The notes beneath the pieces are model-generated. The model had not been told where the DNA came from. It was given only the letters and a program-made list of their open reading frames with translations, and made no database searches. From the human T2T-CHM13v2.0 reference genome, Homo sapiens, in assembly GCF_009914755.1 (NCBI RefSeq), contig NC_060925.1: a stretch of 64,000 nt of DNA; one strand, written 5' to 3'. This document shows, in pieces, positions 19,900-35,695 of the stretch (position 1 is its first letter; the number at the start of each line of letters is the position of its first letter). Made by a program: the position numbers and the translations under genes.

Positions 19900-21125
19900 G
19901 GGCCCATCGGCACAGTCAGACATAAAAGCCTCTAGGCCCCCTCGCCACCCCCAGAAAAGGCAGAGGGCAGATAGAGCTTTGAAAATCAAACCAAATAGTT
20001 GAATTTTGATAGCTGGTGGAACCTGCTGAAGACAAGGAATGATGCTCAGAGTCAGGCAGGGTAGATGCAGGGAAGATAGTGCTCTGAGTTGGAGGATCAG
20101 TAGAAGACCTTTGCACCAGTCCTAGAAAAAAAAAAAACCTGGGCCGGGTGCAGTGGCTCATGCCTGTAATCCCAGCACTTTGGAAGGCCAAGGCAGGCGG
20201 ATCACAAGGTCAGGAGATCAAGACCATCCTGGCTAACACGGTGAAACCCCGTCTCTACTAAAAATACAAAAAATTAGCCAGGCGTGATGGAGGGTGCCTG
20301 TAGTCCCAGCTACTCAGGAGGCTGAGGCAGGATAATGGCATGAACCCAGGAGGCAGAGCTTGCAGTGAGCAGAGATCGCGCCACTGCACTCCAGCCTGGG
20401 TGACAGAGAGAGACTCCATCTCAAAAAAGAAAAAAAAAAAGAAAAGAAAAAAGAAAAAGAAAAAAGGAAACCTGAAAGGCCATGTTGACAGTGATGGGAA
20501 TGGAGATAAGGGTTGGTCAAGGGAGAGACTATAGAATTGGGAAATAAGAGAAGAGGACAAGGGGAAAGAGTCACAGATGGTTTTAAGGAATGAATTATCT
20601 GACAAATAGGAAAGACAGAAGAGGGGACCAAAGAAAGAAAAGATGCATGGGGTGCAGTGGCTCACGCCTGTAATCTCAACACTTTGGGAGGCCCAGGTGG
20701 GAGGATCGCTTGAGGTCAGTCAGGAGTTGGAGACCAGGCTTGGTAACATAGGGAGACCCCCCTCGCATGCCCATCTCTACAAAAAAAATTTTTTTTTTGA
20801 GACGGATTCTTACTCTGTCACCCAGATTGAAGTGCAGTGGCGCTGTACTGCAACCTCCACCTCCCAGGTTCAAGCGATTCTTGTGCCTCAGCCTTCTGAG
20901 TAGCTGGGATTACAGGCATGCGACACTGCGTCTGGATAATTTTTGTATGTTTAGTAGATGTTTAGTACATGTTGGCCAGGCTGGTCTCGAACTTCTGATC
21001 TCAGGTGATCTGCCCGCCTTGGCCTCCCAAAATGCTGGGATTACAGGCATGAGCCACTGTGCCTGACAAAAAAAAAAAAAAATTAGCCAGATGTGGTGGC
21101 ATGTGCCTGTAGTCCCAGCTACTCA

Positions 21126-21386
<261 letters not shown>

Positions 21387-23057
21387 TTAGTGGGGGGTGG
21401 TGGTGCACACCTGTGGTTCTAGCTACTTGGGAGGCAAAGGCGGGAGGATCACTTGATCCTGAAACATCAAGACTTCGGTGAACTGTGATTGCACCACTGC
21501 TTTCCAGCCTAGGTGACGGGATGAGACCCTATCTCAAAAAAATATTTTTAAATTAAAAAACAGAGATGTGAGTTCAATTTCAGATTAACTGTATTATAGC
21601 ATTGAGAGGGTCAGTGGGGTGCTTGCGAGGAGATATCCAAATAGGCACTTGGCAATGTAAGTCTTGAGCTAAAGAAAAAACGAGGCTAATAAGAGATTTG
21701 GTAGTCTGGATGAAAATACTAAGAAAGACTTCTCATCCTATACAGTATTTTAGGTTCCTGGAACCTTTTTAAAACACCCAAATTGGCCATAGGATCTTCA
21801 ACCACCCTCCATTCTTCCATTTTCAAGTTTTTTTTTTTTTTTTTTTTTTGAGGTAGAGTCTCACTCTTGTCGTCCAGGCTGGAGTGCAGTGGCAATCTCG
21901 GCTCACTGCAACCTCTGCTTTCTGGGTTCAAGTGATTCTTCTGCCTCAGCCTCCAGAGTAGCTGGGATTACAGGCGTGTGCCACCATGCCCAGCTATTTT
22001 TTTTTTTTTTTTTTGTATTTTTAATAGGGATGGGTTTTCACCATGTTGGCCAGGCTGGTCTCGAACTCCTGACCTCAAGTGATCCGCCCACCTTGGCCTC
22101 CTAAAGTGCTGGGATTACAGGCGTGAGCCACCGCAGCCAGCCTATTTTCAAGTTCTTTTGGCCATAACATTCTGGTGAGCTCTTTCATTCCAAGCGTGTT
22201 GCCTGTTTTACCTCATTTGACCTTGTCTTTTTCCTCCAGTATGGTAACCACCTCCCCTCCCCTAGGAAGCCCTCCTGGGTGGCAGAGGTGAATGCTAACT
22301 CCTTGTAGCTCGCACCTTCTTCATCTTTGGTTATGAAGGAGATGGGGTTAAACCACTTGTTCCAGCCAACAGCATGTGGAAAGACTCTGTGACAAGGAGG
22401 AGCACAGCATGTCGTGAAGAACTGAGAGAAGGCCAGTGTGATTGCAGCACAAAGTGCGGGGGCGAGGTACAGGCCCGCGCTGCAGGGCCCTGTAGACCTT
22501 GCCAAGAGCAGTAGGGGGGAAAAAAAGAAAGGTTTTAAATGGGGGTGTAGAGTGGAGGATTCTAAGGATCAGTTTTACAATGTGGAAAAGCCTGTTCTGG
22601 TCAGTTGGATCCGGAGTGGACACGGGAAGGCCCGCAGTGAGGGTTTTGCCGCCTGCTGATGACAGTCTGTGGCCTATTCATACTCTTTTGTGTCCTTTTG
22701 TGAATGTGGATGTATACTGTATAGATGTGTGGACTTGAGCTGACTTGTTCTTTTGCTGTTTAATCTGACTCATCTCCTTTGTAAACAGTAAGGTTATTGA
22801 GGGTGAAGATTAGTTTTCTTTTTTTTTTTTCTATGCTCTAAATCCCTATGCTATGACACAGGAAACACAACAGTTATTTAGATTGTGACTACTGAAAATT
22901 GCCCCAAGGTGCCGCGTTTATAAAACTCACCCAAGGTTGGCCGGACGCAGTGGCTTACGCCTGTAATCCCAGCACTTTGGGAGGCTGAGGCGGGCGGATC
23001 ATGAGGTCAGGAGTTCGAGACCAGCCTGACCAACATGGTGAAACCCCGTCTCTACTA

Positions 23058-23252
<195 letters not shown>

Positions 23253-23255
23253 TCA

Positions 23256-23555
<300 letters not shown>

Positions 23556-23679
23556 TCACCCGAAAGTAACCTTTATTGGCCTTATTAAATTGACAGTGGT
23601 TGCTTTTTGTTCTGCTTTTGGTTTCTAGACATTTGGATGGAGGATTACATAATACAGAGAAAAATCTGGACATCTAAGG

Positions 23680-24162
23680 CCTTCCTACTCAAAGTGTGGT
23701 CTGTGGACCAGCTGCATTGGGGTTAGAAATGAAAAATCAGCTGGGTGCGGTGGCTCATGCCTATAATCCCAGCGCTTTGGGAGGCTGAGGCAGGAGGATT
23801 GCTTGAGCCCAGGAGTTTGAGACCAGCCTCGACTACATAGGGAGACCCCATCTCTATAAAAAATAAAAAATTAGCCAGGCGTGGTGGTGCATGCCTATAG
23901 TCTCAGCTACTCCAGCAGCTGAGGTGGAAGGATCGCCTGAGCCTAGAAGGTCAAGTCTGCAGTGAGCCATGATGGCATTACTGCACTCCAGTCTGGGCAA
24001 CAGAGTGAGACCCTGTCTTAAAAAAAAAAAAAAAGAAAAAGAAAAAAAGAAAGAAAGAAATGAACAATCTCAAGGCCCACCCCAGACCCATTGAATTGGA
24101 ATCTGCATTTCAGCACAATGCCCAGTGAATTCTCACCTATATTAAAGTTTAAGAAACATCTG
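23680..24162. mobile_element. MER5A split by an Alu (about 23739-24059)
   Basis: CTACTCAAAGTGTGGTC..GGACCAGC..TTAGAAATG [Alu] AATCTCAAGGCCCACCCCAGACC..GAATCTGCATTT..AAAGTTTAAGAAAC. Confidence 0.75.
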
Positions 24163-24473
24163 GGTTTCTCAGCAACATCCCCCTGCACGTCTGTGGATAA
24201 TGTTGGTCCCTCAGATGTATGTGGCATTTATCGCATCCCGTCTGGTGTGGAAATCTGTGCCTATGGTTTCTTTCCCTGCCAGGCTGTGACTTCCTGGAAG
24301 GTAAGGGCTGAGCGCTGTGTATAGCTCTGGATCTCTTATAGCACAATGACAGGAAGCAGAAGACCTGGGTTTCTGTCCTGGCTCTGCCATTTATGAGCTC
24401 TTTGTGTTGTATCATCTGTGAGAGGATTTTCGATCTTTCCAAGAAAGGGATTCACCCCAAATCTAACTGTTTA

Positions 24474-24662
<189 letters not shown>

Positions 24663-25982
24663 TCAGGAGGCTGAGGCAGGAGAATCTCTTGAACTCAGGA
24701 GGTGGAGGTTGCAGTGAGCCAAAATCGTGCCATTTCACTCCACCCTGGGCAACAAGAGTGAAACTCTGTCTCAGAAAAAAAAAAAAAAAAGTCAAAGATG
24801 GGGCCGGGCACAGTGGCTTATGCTTGTAATCCCAGCACTTTGGGAGGCCAAAGTGGGCGGATCATTTGAGGTCAGGAATTCAAGACTAGCCTGGCCAACA
24901 TGGTGAAACCCTGTCTCTAATAAAAATACAAAAACTAGCCAGGTGGTAGTTGTGCGTGCCTGTAATCCCAGCTACTCAAGAGGCTGAGGCAGGAGGATCA
25001 CTTGAGCCTGGGAGGCAGAGGTTGCGGTGAGCCAAGATTGCACCGCTGCACTCCAGTCTGGGTGACAGAGAGAGACCCTGTCTCAAAAATAAATAAATAA
25101 ATAAAAATAAATAAAAGTCAAAGAAGGTGGAAGACTCCTGTACCTAGTTTATTTCCGGGCTTCATCTACAGGAGAAGGCACTTATGGATGGAAGGAAGAA
25201 GACAGTAACCAATTCTAGAGTAAATGATATCCAGGGTATATGAGGAACTTGGGTTATAGTTGCCCCAACAGCTTCCCCAAGGCTTTTCTAGAAGTTTCCA
25301 GCTTTGCTGAAAGTTCCTGTCAGCATCAAAAGCAAGCCGAGGCCAGGTGCAGTGGCTCACACCTATAATCCCAGCACTCTGGGAGGCCGAGGAGGGTGGA
25401 TCACTTGAGCCCAGGAATTTGAGACTAGCCTGGCCAACAGGGCAAAAACCCGTCTCTACTAAAAATACAAAAAATTAGCCGGGTTTGGTGGCTTATGCCT
25501 GTAGTCCCAGCTACTTAGGAGGCTGAGGCAGGAGAATTGCTTGAACCTGGGAGGTGGAAATTGCAGTGAGCCAAGATCACACCACTGCATTCCAGCCTCT
25601 AAAAAAACAAAACAAAACAAAACAAACAAACAAAAAAAGCAAGCCAATAATTATCATGGGAGAAGCACGGCAAGGTCTCTGTGCTCTGCAGATGTGTTCT
25701 GAAGCTCAGGTCACAGATGGAGCTGTGAGGGACACATTGCTAGGGCCTGGGCAGGTTCTGAGGCTCAGGACTTTCAAAGGGCCATGGAAGTCAGAGTGCT
25801 GCTGTAATCTTCAGAAAGCCCACTCAAGAAAGCCCACTCAGAAAGCCCAGCTCAAGAGGATCTGTTCCCTGCCTAGAGGGATATGATCTGGAGTCCTCAA
25901 AGGCCCCCACAGCCAGCTGTGAACAGGGAATAGCAGAGAGTTTGGGAAGAGATGAGGAAAGAGTAGGGAAGAAATATTTCTA

Positions 25983-26037
25983 TTAGGCCACTGCAAAAGT
26001 AACTGCAAAAACCACAATTACTTTTGCAGCAACCTAA
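25983..26037. mobile_element. MADE1 (Hsmar1-derived MITE), internally deleted
   Basis: ta|TTAGG..TGCAAAAGTAA....CAAAAACCACAATTACTTTTGCAGCAACCTAA|ta. Palindromic TIRs with a TA target duplication. Confidence 0.85.
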
Positions 26038-26234
26038 TACGTAGTATGGAAGTAATATCTGCTGAAGCCAAATGGTGTATCAACTGTTCTGCACGTGTGA
26101 CTCGGAGGTGGGGGTGGGGTAAGGTTTGTGTTGATCTGGCATTTTTCAATTTGGAAAAGGCTGGGAGATCCAGATGGGAGAGAAGGAACTCAAAGCAAAG
26201 GTCTGCCAGCCCACTGTCAAAGATATGACACCTC

Positions 26235-26642
26235 AGGTCTAAGGCGCTGCAGTTTCTTTATTTTTTCTTTTTATAGAGATGGGGTCTTGCTGTGTTGCCT
26301 GGGCTGGACTCAAACTTCTGGGGTTAAGCGATTCTCCCACCTCAGCCTCCCAGAGTTTGCAGATTACAGCCATAAGCCACCGTGCCCAGCCCTCTGCAGT
26401 TTCTAAAAGAGGTTCATCAATACAAATTCTCAGCATCATTCTCCAATTAGGCTCCCCCATTAACCAATTGTTTCTAATGACCGATTATTAATTTGCAAGA
26501 GAATTCTTCCTCTAACTCATACCATCCCACTCAGACAGAGTTCAGTATTTTCCTTCACTTTAATTTTTATTGCTTCTCCAGTTCAGATAATTCAGCGCTT
26601 CCTCTTTCTTCTTCCTCACCTTGTTCATGGCTGGCTGTTCCA
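26235..26642 (-). other. TCEA3: TCEA3 3' UTR with proximal (26559-26571) and distal Alu-tail (26257-26262) poly(A) signals
   Basis: Minus-strand AATAAA at 26566-26571, ATTAAA at 26559-26564, and AATAAA at 26257-26262 inside the tail of an Alu monomer. Confidence 0.6.
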
Positions 26643-26651
26643 TCAGCAGAA
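26643..26651 (-). CDS. TCEA3: TCEA3 final exon, coding part (F-C-stop)
   Basis: cctttctggttttgtag|TTC TGC TGA completes the conserved TFIIS C-terminus RWKFC*. Confidence 0.9.
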   Translation of the reverse strand, partial: FC

Positions 26652-27207
26652 CTACAAAACCAGAAAGGCAACAAAATTTGAAAGGTTTCTCGGCATCCTC
26701 CAAGGAGGCTGTGGGGGAATATGAAAAAGAAGGTGGTGTCTGGAGCCACACAGACCAGAGTCCAAAGCCCAGCTCTGCCATTATTAGCTGTGTGATCTTG
26801 AACAAATCACTCACCTGTAAAATGAGCTCATAAAGCTTGTGAATGTGAGAATGATATCAGGTAATAAATGAATGGCAATTCGGTGCCAGGAATGTGCTGA
26901 GCTCTCAATTTATGGTCAAGAACATCACTGGGATGGCTACTAATCACTTGGTTAGACTTTTGGTCTCCCACATGGCAACGGAGACCAACTGAAAATGTGT
27001 TCAGAAGTCTGTAGTTGTTACCTCTAGTGGATCCTGTCCCTCCAACTAGTAAGAGTCAAGGAAGAGGAGCTGGATTTAAAGCATTCAGAATGTCCTTTCT
27101 CTAACAGTAACAAAATCACAAGAGCTACATTTATTGAGCATTTATTCTGTGCTAGGCAGTATTAACATGTATTAACTCATTTCACCCTTACAATCACTCT
27201 GAGATAG

Positions 27208-27402
<195 letters not shown>

Positions 27403-27669
27403 TAGTAGAGACGGGGTTTCTCCATGTTGGTCAGGCTGGTCTCAAACTCCCGACCTCAGGTGATCCACCGGCCTCCCAAAGTGCTGGAATTACAGGCACG
27501 AGCCACTGCGCCTGGCCTATCACTCCTATTTTTACAGGTAAGGAAGCAGATCAGAGAGGTTAAGTGACTTGCCCAAACTCCCGTAATACTAGTAGATGAC
27601 ATAACCAAAATAGTAAGAATAGTGGTTTTATGTACCAGGCATGTCTGTGCTCAGGGCTTTTTTTGTATG

Positions 27670-27840
27670 GTTGTATAATTTGTTGACTGCACAAAAGAGC
27701 CTGGCCAAAGGGGCAAGCTGAGGCTGAAACGTAGCCCCTGCTCTGTTTGCTCCGTACCCTGGCATGAGGCTGTGCCGCCTGGAGGAAGGGACACCTTTTT
27801 CTAATTTGACAAAGATGCCATATGAGCTCTCAGAGGCTCT
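27670..27840. mobile_element. MER91A-like hAT MITE
   Basis: CTGCACAAAAG...GGCTGAAA...CCTGGAGGAAGGGACACCTTTTTCTAATTTG..CAAAGATGCCATATG. Confidence 0.65.
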
Positions 27841-28351
27841 GTTAATGCTTTATGTGTGTTACCTTCTCTACTCCTCAAAACAGCTCTGTGGGCTAGATAT
27901 GAATACCCTCATTTTATAGATGAGGAAATCCAGGCTTAGTGAGTTCAGGTCACTGAGTTAAGTCACTTGGTAAGGGATAAAGCTAGGATTTGAGCCTGAT
28001 GCCAAAGCCCATGCTCTAAACCAGTAGGCCACTATACTGGCCCCATCCCTAAGTGCTCAATAAGTGAAAAAAGGAAAAAATACATAATCATCTGGTTTTT
28101 ACCTTAAAAAATATGGCAGTTCTAATGAGGCCCCAGTAAGGGCTACTGAGGTCCTTAGTAAGAAAAATAATTAGAGGCCGGGCGCGGCGGCTCACGCCTG
28201 TAATCCCAGCACTTTGGGAGGCCGAGGCGGGCGGATCACGAGGTCAGGAGATCAAGACCATCCTGGCTAACACGGTGAAACCCCGTCTCTACTAAAAATA
28301 CAAAAAAATTAGCCGGGTGTGGTGGCCGGCGCCTTTAGTCCCAGCTACTCA

Positions 28352-28510
<159 letters not shown>

Positions 28511-29521
28511 TCAGTGCTCCAAACTGTGGCTTTATGCTTATTAACTATTTCCGTATTTCAATTTCCTTGTCTGAAAGTAAGAATAACATTATAAAGGAAC
28601 AATTCTTGTAGTTGTTTGCAAAGTGTTTATGCATACATGATAACCCTCATATCAAAATGATCCTCACATCATCAAACCTGGGAGAAAGGCATTATTATTA
28701 CTCTTTTGCTCAATGAGGTGAGTAACATGCTCAGGATGAGTAGGGCAGAATGGGACCTGAAACCAGGGATCCTGACTTATCTTGTACTTCTTGCTAAGTA
28801 CCTTAGAACTTTTGGAGCACCTGCAGCCTGCCTGGTGGCCCAGACATCACATGGTGCACGTGCAAGTCAGAGAGCAGTTGGAAACTGACAATAGGCACGT
28901 GACCACACTCTGTTCCTTCAGGAGACTTGGCAGGAAGGAGCACTCTGGGAGGAGTCTTTGTTTGGCTCCCATGCGTGAAAACAAAACTTCTGCCTTTGCA
29001 GGAGCTGGGGCAGTCTGAGTTACAGACTTGGGTAAGACTTTCAGAGCTTCCTTAGGAGGGAAGGATGGCCTGGTGGCATTTAGGTTCAACTCCTTTCTGA
29101 CAGGGCTCAGCCTTCCTGTTTCCCATCCTTGGCTGTGGCCAGGTTCAAAGGAAATACCATCTGTGGAAGCACTTTCCAAAGAGGCGTGGTCCAAGTGCAG
29201 AATGTTTTTCCTCTCCTCTGTGGATCTCAGGAAGCCGATTCCATCTGTGCTCAAATGACAGACTTGCTCATCCTGTGATAAAATGTGGGCTGCTGCCCCC
29301 ACCCCAGCTTGGTGCCCTTCTAAAATGAAAACATGCATGTGTGTTCTCTCCCCACCTCCCCAACAGCAATCCGCCACTATCTCTGGCTCTGCAGACCTAC
29401 TCTGTGCAGGCTGGCAAGTGCTGCCATGCACAAGGCCCCTTCTGGGTTGTGGGTACACTACGCCTTATGCGGGCGAGGTATGTGGATGACAGGGAAGGGG
29501 GAAATACATAAACATACAGAC

Positions 29522-29593
29522 CTTCCAGCGATTGCCACATTCATTGCATAAGACAAAGGTAGTCATGGGCTCATCAGCACTGCGTGTCTGCAC
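29522..29593 (-). CDS. TCEA3: TCEA3 penultimate exon ([24 protein letters not shown]): acidic hairpin and second half of the Zn ribbon
   Basis: ctctcag|GTG ... AAG|gtctgt, 72 nt, invariant QTRSADEP motif of TFIIS. Confidence 0.97.
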
Positions 29594-29861
29594 CTGAGAG
29601 AGAGAAGAACCACTCATGAAGTCACTCCCCTGTTCTAGGACCTGCCATGGCTCCCACTGTCTTTAGGAGTAGGTCCAAATCCCAGAGGTTGGCACTGAGA
29701 TTCCCACCCCCCGCTGGCAATTTCCTTATCACTGACAACTCCATAATATTAGTATTATGCTTTCCTCTCCTCTGGCAGGCAGTCCATCAGCTCACTCCCA
29801 GTATCTTACTGGCTTAACCTGGCCTTTTGCACTTCCGCTTTTTTTTTTTTTTTTTTTTTGA

Positions 29862-29966
<105 letters not shown>

Positions 29967-31452
29967 TGAATAGCTGGGATTACAGGCGCCCGCCACCACG
30001 CCCGGCTAATTTGGACTTTCACTCTTGTTGGTCACTCTTGTTGATCTTTTGTAACAGATCTCTCTTCTCTTGCCTCAAGACTTATCTCCTACAGGAAGTA
30101 TTCCCTGACTCACCCCTGAACACATCCTACTGGACAAGTTCACAGGAGTGAGCTGCAAGCAGGCTTAGCGGTCTAGTTCATCTTCCTTATTTTACTGGTG
30201 GAAGACCTGAGGCCCAGAGAGGGAAAGTCCTAAATATCATTGGGACTATTTAATGTTACATTTTCTCATCCTCTTAGCCTCATCATTCAGGTGCAGGAAC
30301 CGGGTATCCCACAGTAAAGCCCTGGCATTTCCAGGTTTAACAGCTCCTGTTCTGGTTTTCTAAGGCTGTCCTTGGCTGGCCACGACATGTAGCAAGTCAT
30401 TACTTTGCTGACAATCAGCTACGAATGATGTCAGCTGGGAATCTGTGGTGTGGGACGAGTTATGCCCGCCACCCTCCTTGGGTGAGCCCCAGCAGCCCAG
30501 CAGTCTGCCAGGCGGACACAGCTTAGCGCAGCCTGGTCACTGGAAAGCAGTGACGAGCAGAGAGAAAACTTTGCTAGTGGGCAGTTTACTTCTAGAAAGA
30601 AGTGAGGCACAGGAAGCGCATCACTCCACACGGAAAGGTGCTTGGGAGAGAGCAGAAGCTTGCACAAACATCTCCGGATTCCAGAACTGGAATTCTCCAA
30701 GGGACTCCTCCGGAATGGCAAGGCTGACTGCATTTCTGCCCTGGCCACAGAATGCCGCAGGCAAGGTGCTCTTGATAAATGGTGTGTGCCGAACAGACGG
30801 AGAACTCTGAATAGAGTTCTAGAATGACTAGACACCAGTTAGAATCCAAGGATATTTGTGCTCTAAGGGCATACCATGTGCAACCCAGAAAGAGGAGGCC
30901 ATTCTCTGGTTTTAAGAGAAGGGGCCTCCACAGCCTTCCCAAGTTCCCCATGCCAGGGCAATGGTCTTCAACTTTAGGACTCAGAGCTAAAGCCCTTAGG
31001 CTTTATTGACCAAGTTAGCTCGATTGCAGGCAGAATGGTGTGGATCTTGTTTATTACTACCTCTGACATTGGCCTCCTTTCTTGGGCAAGGCTAAAAAGC
31101 CCATCTGTGGCCTGTGTGGGCCTCAGTTTCCCTGGGTGTGTAATGAGGGAGCTGGGTTTCACATTGCCAAGTTCCCTTCCAACTGTCTATGACTCTTCAG
31201 CCGCCATGAGACTGATTCTTCTTATTGTCACGTCAGGGCAGACCAGAACACACTGACCAAGCCTCGTAGACACATAGCAGGGATGATTCTAAACTCAGAG
31301 GAACATTGTCTAGAAGCCACAGGTGCACCACATTAGTGTACCAAGGCTTGCCCTTCTCTCTGCAGCCTGGAGAGTTTTTAAGGTTTTCTTTGTTTTGTTG
31401 AGTCAGGGTCTCATTCTGTCACCCAGGCTGGAGTGCAGTGGTGCAATCATAG

Positions 31453-32075
<623 letters not shown>

Positions 32076-32117
32076 TAGCAGAGACGGGGTTTCACCGTGT
32101 TTGCCAGGATGGTCTCA

Positions 32118-32222
<105 letters not shown>

Positions 32223-32447
32223 TCACTGTGTTGGCCAGGCTGGTCTCAAACTCCTGGCCTCAGGTGATCCACTCGCCTTGGCCTCCCAAAGTGCTGTGAT
32301 TACAGACGTGAGCCACCGCACCCGGCAAAGCCTAGAGAGTTTTAACGCTTTCTCCCCTCTGGCTCTTCCCTAAGCTTCTCTCTGATTTTCCACCTCTATG
32401 CCCCTGCGGCCTCCTGCACCTCCGGCCCGTCCCCTCACTGTCCTTAC

Positions 32448-32594
32448 CTGGTTATAGGTGCAGTTCTTCTTCTTGCATTTGCTGCACTGGAAGAGGTCAG
32501 TGGTGGTGCCGCCAGTCTTGGCCATCTGGTGCTCACGGATGGCCTCCTGGGTCATGGCATTCCTCAACTCCCTCAGTTCATCACTGGCCATTTC
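32448..32594 (-). CDS. TCEA3: TCEA3 exon ([49 protein letters not shown])
   Basis: ttttttctccag|GAA ... CAG|gtaagg, 147 nt. Domain II-III linker and first CxxC. Confidence 0.97.
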
Positions 32595-33346
32595 CTGGAG
32601 AAAAAAGAGTCTACCCTTCAGGGCTGAGGAGTTGCAGGGGCCCTGCCCTACACCCGGTTTCTAGAAAGCCTGAACAGAAAAGGAGGTAACATGCTTTATT
32701 GACTGCAAGGAGCTGGAAGGAGGCCTGGATTCCGGGTCCTGCCCCAGCTGGGAGAAAGCTGTCCCCGCAGAGTCCTCCTGCCGCCCACGGCTGGAAGGTC
32801 ATAATGCACATTCAGGTGAGCAGCAGGCAAACAGCCTCTGCCCGAGGACGAGCACTCCTGTGTACATTTCTTCAGATCTGGGGCTCATCCTGCCTGCCAG
32901 GACCTTGGCCTTGGCCTGAACCTTCCTGCTTGAGCTGACTTGATCACTGCCACCTGGTCTATGATGTTCCCCTTAGCCTTCCTCTCTAGACTTGACCCAG
33001 TGCTCTTTTACGCTGTGATCACTGCCTTGCTGTTCTGCTTAGTGGGAACCTTGGCGCAACTACCCATGACTTGCTGCTGCTACCCCCATCCTGAAGCTCC
33101 TGGGCTCACACAACTAACTGTTCATCTGACGAGCATGCATCCAAGATCATCTTTTTCTGAGAGTTTCTACAGAAGAGTCTCCAGTCTCCCACCAGCTCAC
33201 AGTAGACACTCCGGGTCTGCATCACCCACACCTTTGCTTTCTCTGTCCATCTCCCTGGCCACTTGTCTCCCCTTAAGCCTCTGCCAGAGGACAGCAGAGA
33301 GGGAGCTCCAGTTAAGGGTTGGTGGAAGGGGAAGGAGGGTGGCTGA

Positions 33347-33607
<261 letters not shown>

Positions 33608-34476
33608 TGATCCACCCACCTCATCCTTCCAAAGTGCTGGGATTACAGGTATGAACCACTATGCCTGGCTTAAACATTTTAATTGTTGCTGTCTGTCCTG
33701 AGTCCTTAAACCATGGAGAAGAATGCTGGCATAAAGGTCAAAGCATTTTAGTGTGCTCACCTTTCATTATAACCACTTAGGCTTCTTGATAAAATGCAGA
33801 TTCCTATGAATCTGAATTGCTAAGGGCAGGCCCAGGAATATGCATTTTTTAAAGTTATTTATTTGGTTATTTTTGGGACAGGATCTTGCTGTCACCTAGG
33901 CTGGAGTGCAGTGGTGCGATCGTGACTCATGGCAGCCTCAACCTCCCCAGGCTCAAACGATTCTCCCACCTCAGCCTCCCAAGTAGCTGGGACTACACCC
34001 AGCATGCACCACCAAACCTGGTTAATTATTTTTTGTATATTTTTGTAGAGATGGGGTTTTCCCATGTTGCCTAGGCTGGTCTCCTGAGCTCAAGTGATCT
34101 GCCTACTTTGGACTCCCGAAGTGCCGGGATTACAGGCATGAGCCACTGCGCCTGGCCAGAATATGCATTTTCACTAGTGTCCTCAAGTTATTCTGGTACG
34201 TATTAATGTTTAAGTCCTAGTGTGTTAAATTCAAAGGCTAGGCCCTAACCAATGGCAGGAGAATATAGAAAAACAAGTCAATGAAAGCCATTTACCCATA
34301 TGAGTAAAAAGTAGCTGACTTTAATTTGAGGGGATTTTCCAGAGCATAAAGCATTTGCCCATTCAAAATTTATTGGATGTGGCCAGGTGCAGTGGCTTAC
34401 ACCTGTAATCTCAGCACTTTGGGAGGCTGGGACAGGTGGATCACCTGAGGTCAGGAGTTGGAGACCAGCCAGGTCA

Positions 34477-34716
<240 letters not shown>

Positions 34717-34719
34717 TTA

Positions 34720-34992
<273 letters not shown>

Positions 34993-35520
34993 TCAAGCTG
35001 CTAATGTGATATAACTGAACGCAGAGTTGGGAAGAGCTACACATCACCAGCTCCCTTGAGCTGGTAGGAGCTAGCTCAAGCATGCTACTGCCTCTGAGTC
35101 CAACGGATTCAGAAAGGAAGATCTGGTTCCTCCTCCCAAGTAGTGCTAATCTGATAGGGTAGCCAAGCATTTACACGAGATTGCAAGAGAGGGAAGGAAG
35201 TACTAAAGTGAAGGCATATAAGGTGCAGGGGAAAGCAACAGGGTATGGTGGTTAACTGTTTGGGGTCTGGTGGGTCATGAAGAAGCTAGTACTTTAACCA
35301 GTCTTGAAAGATAGGAGTTCCTGGGGTGGGTGGTGGCACATTCCAGACAAATAAAACAGCAGGGCCGGGCGCAGTGGCTCACACATGTAATCCCAGCACT
35401 TCAGGAAGCCGAGGCGGGCAGATCACCTGAGGTCAGGAGTTTGAGACCAACCTGGCCAACATGGCGAAACTTCGTCTCTACTAAAAATAGAAAAATTAGC
35501 CAGGCATGGTTACATGGTTA

Positions 35521-35695
<175 letters not shown>

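Noticed and set aside
28847-29458. 203-aa minus-strand ORF in the last TCEA3 intron
   Set aside because: No domain, non-ATG start, and not in frame with the preceding exon (read-through of that exon stops after about 18 codons).
30431-30951. Overlapping ORFs and a possible alternative terminal exon (acceptor ctattcag| at 30807)
   Set aside because: Weak pyrimidine tract, no recognisable protein, and it would remove the catalytic ADEP loop. Not supportable without transcript data.
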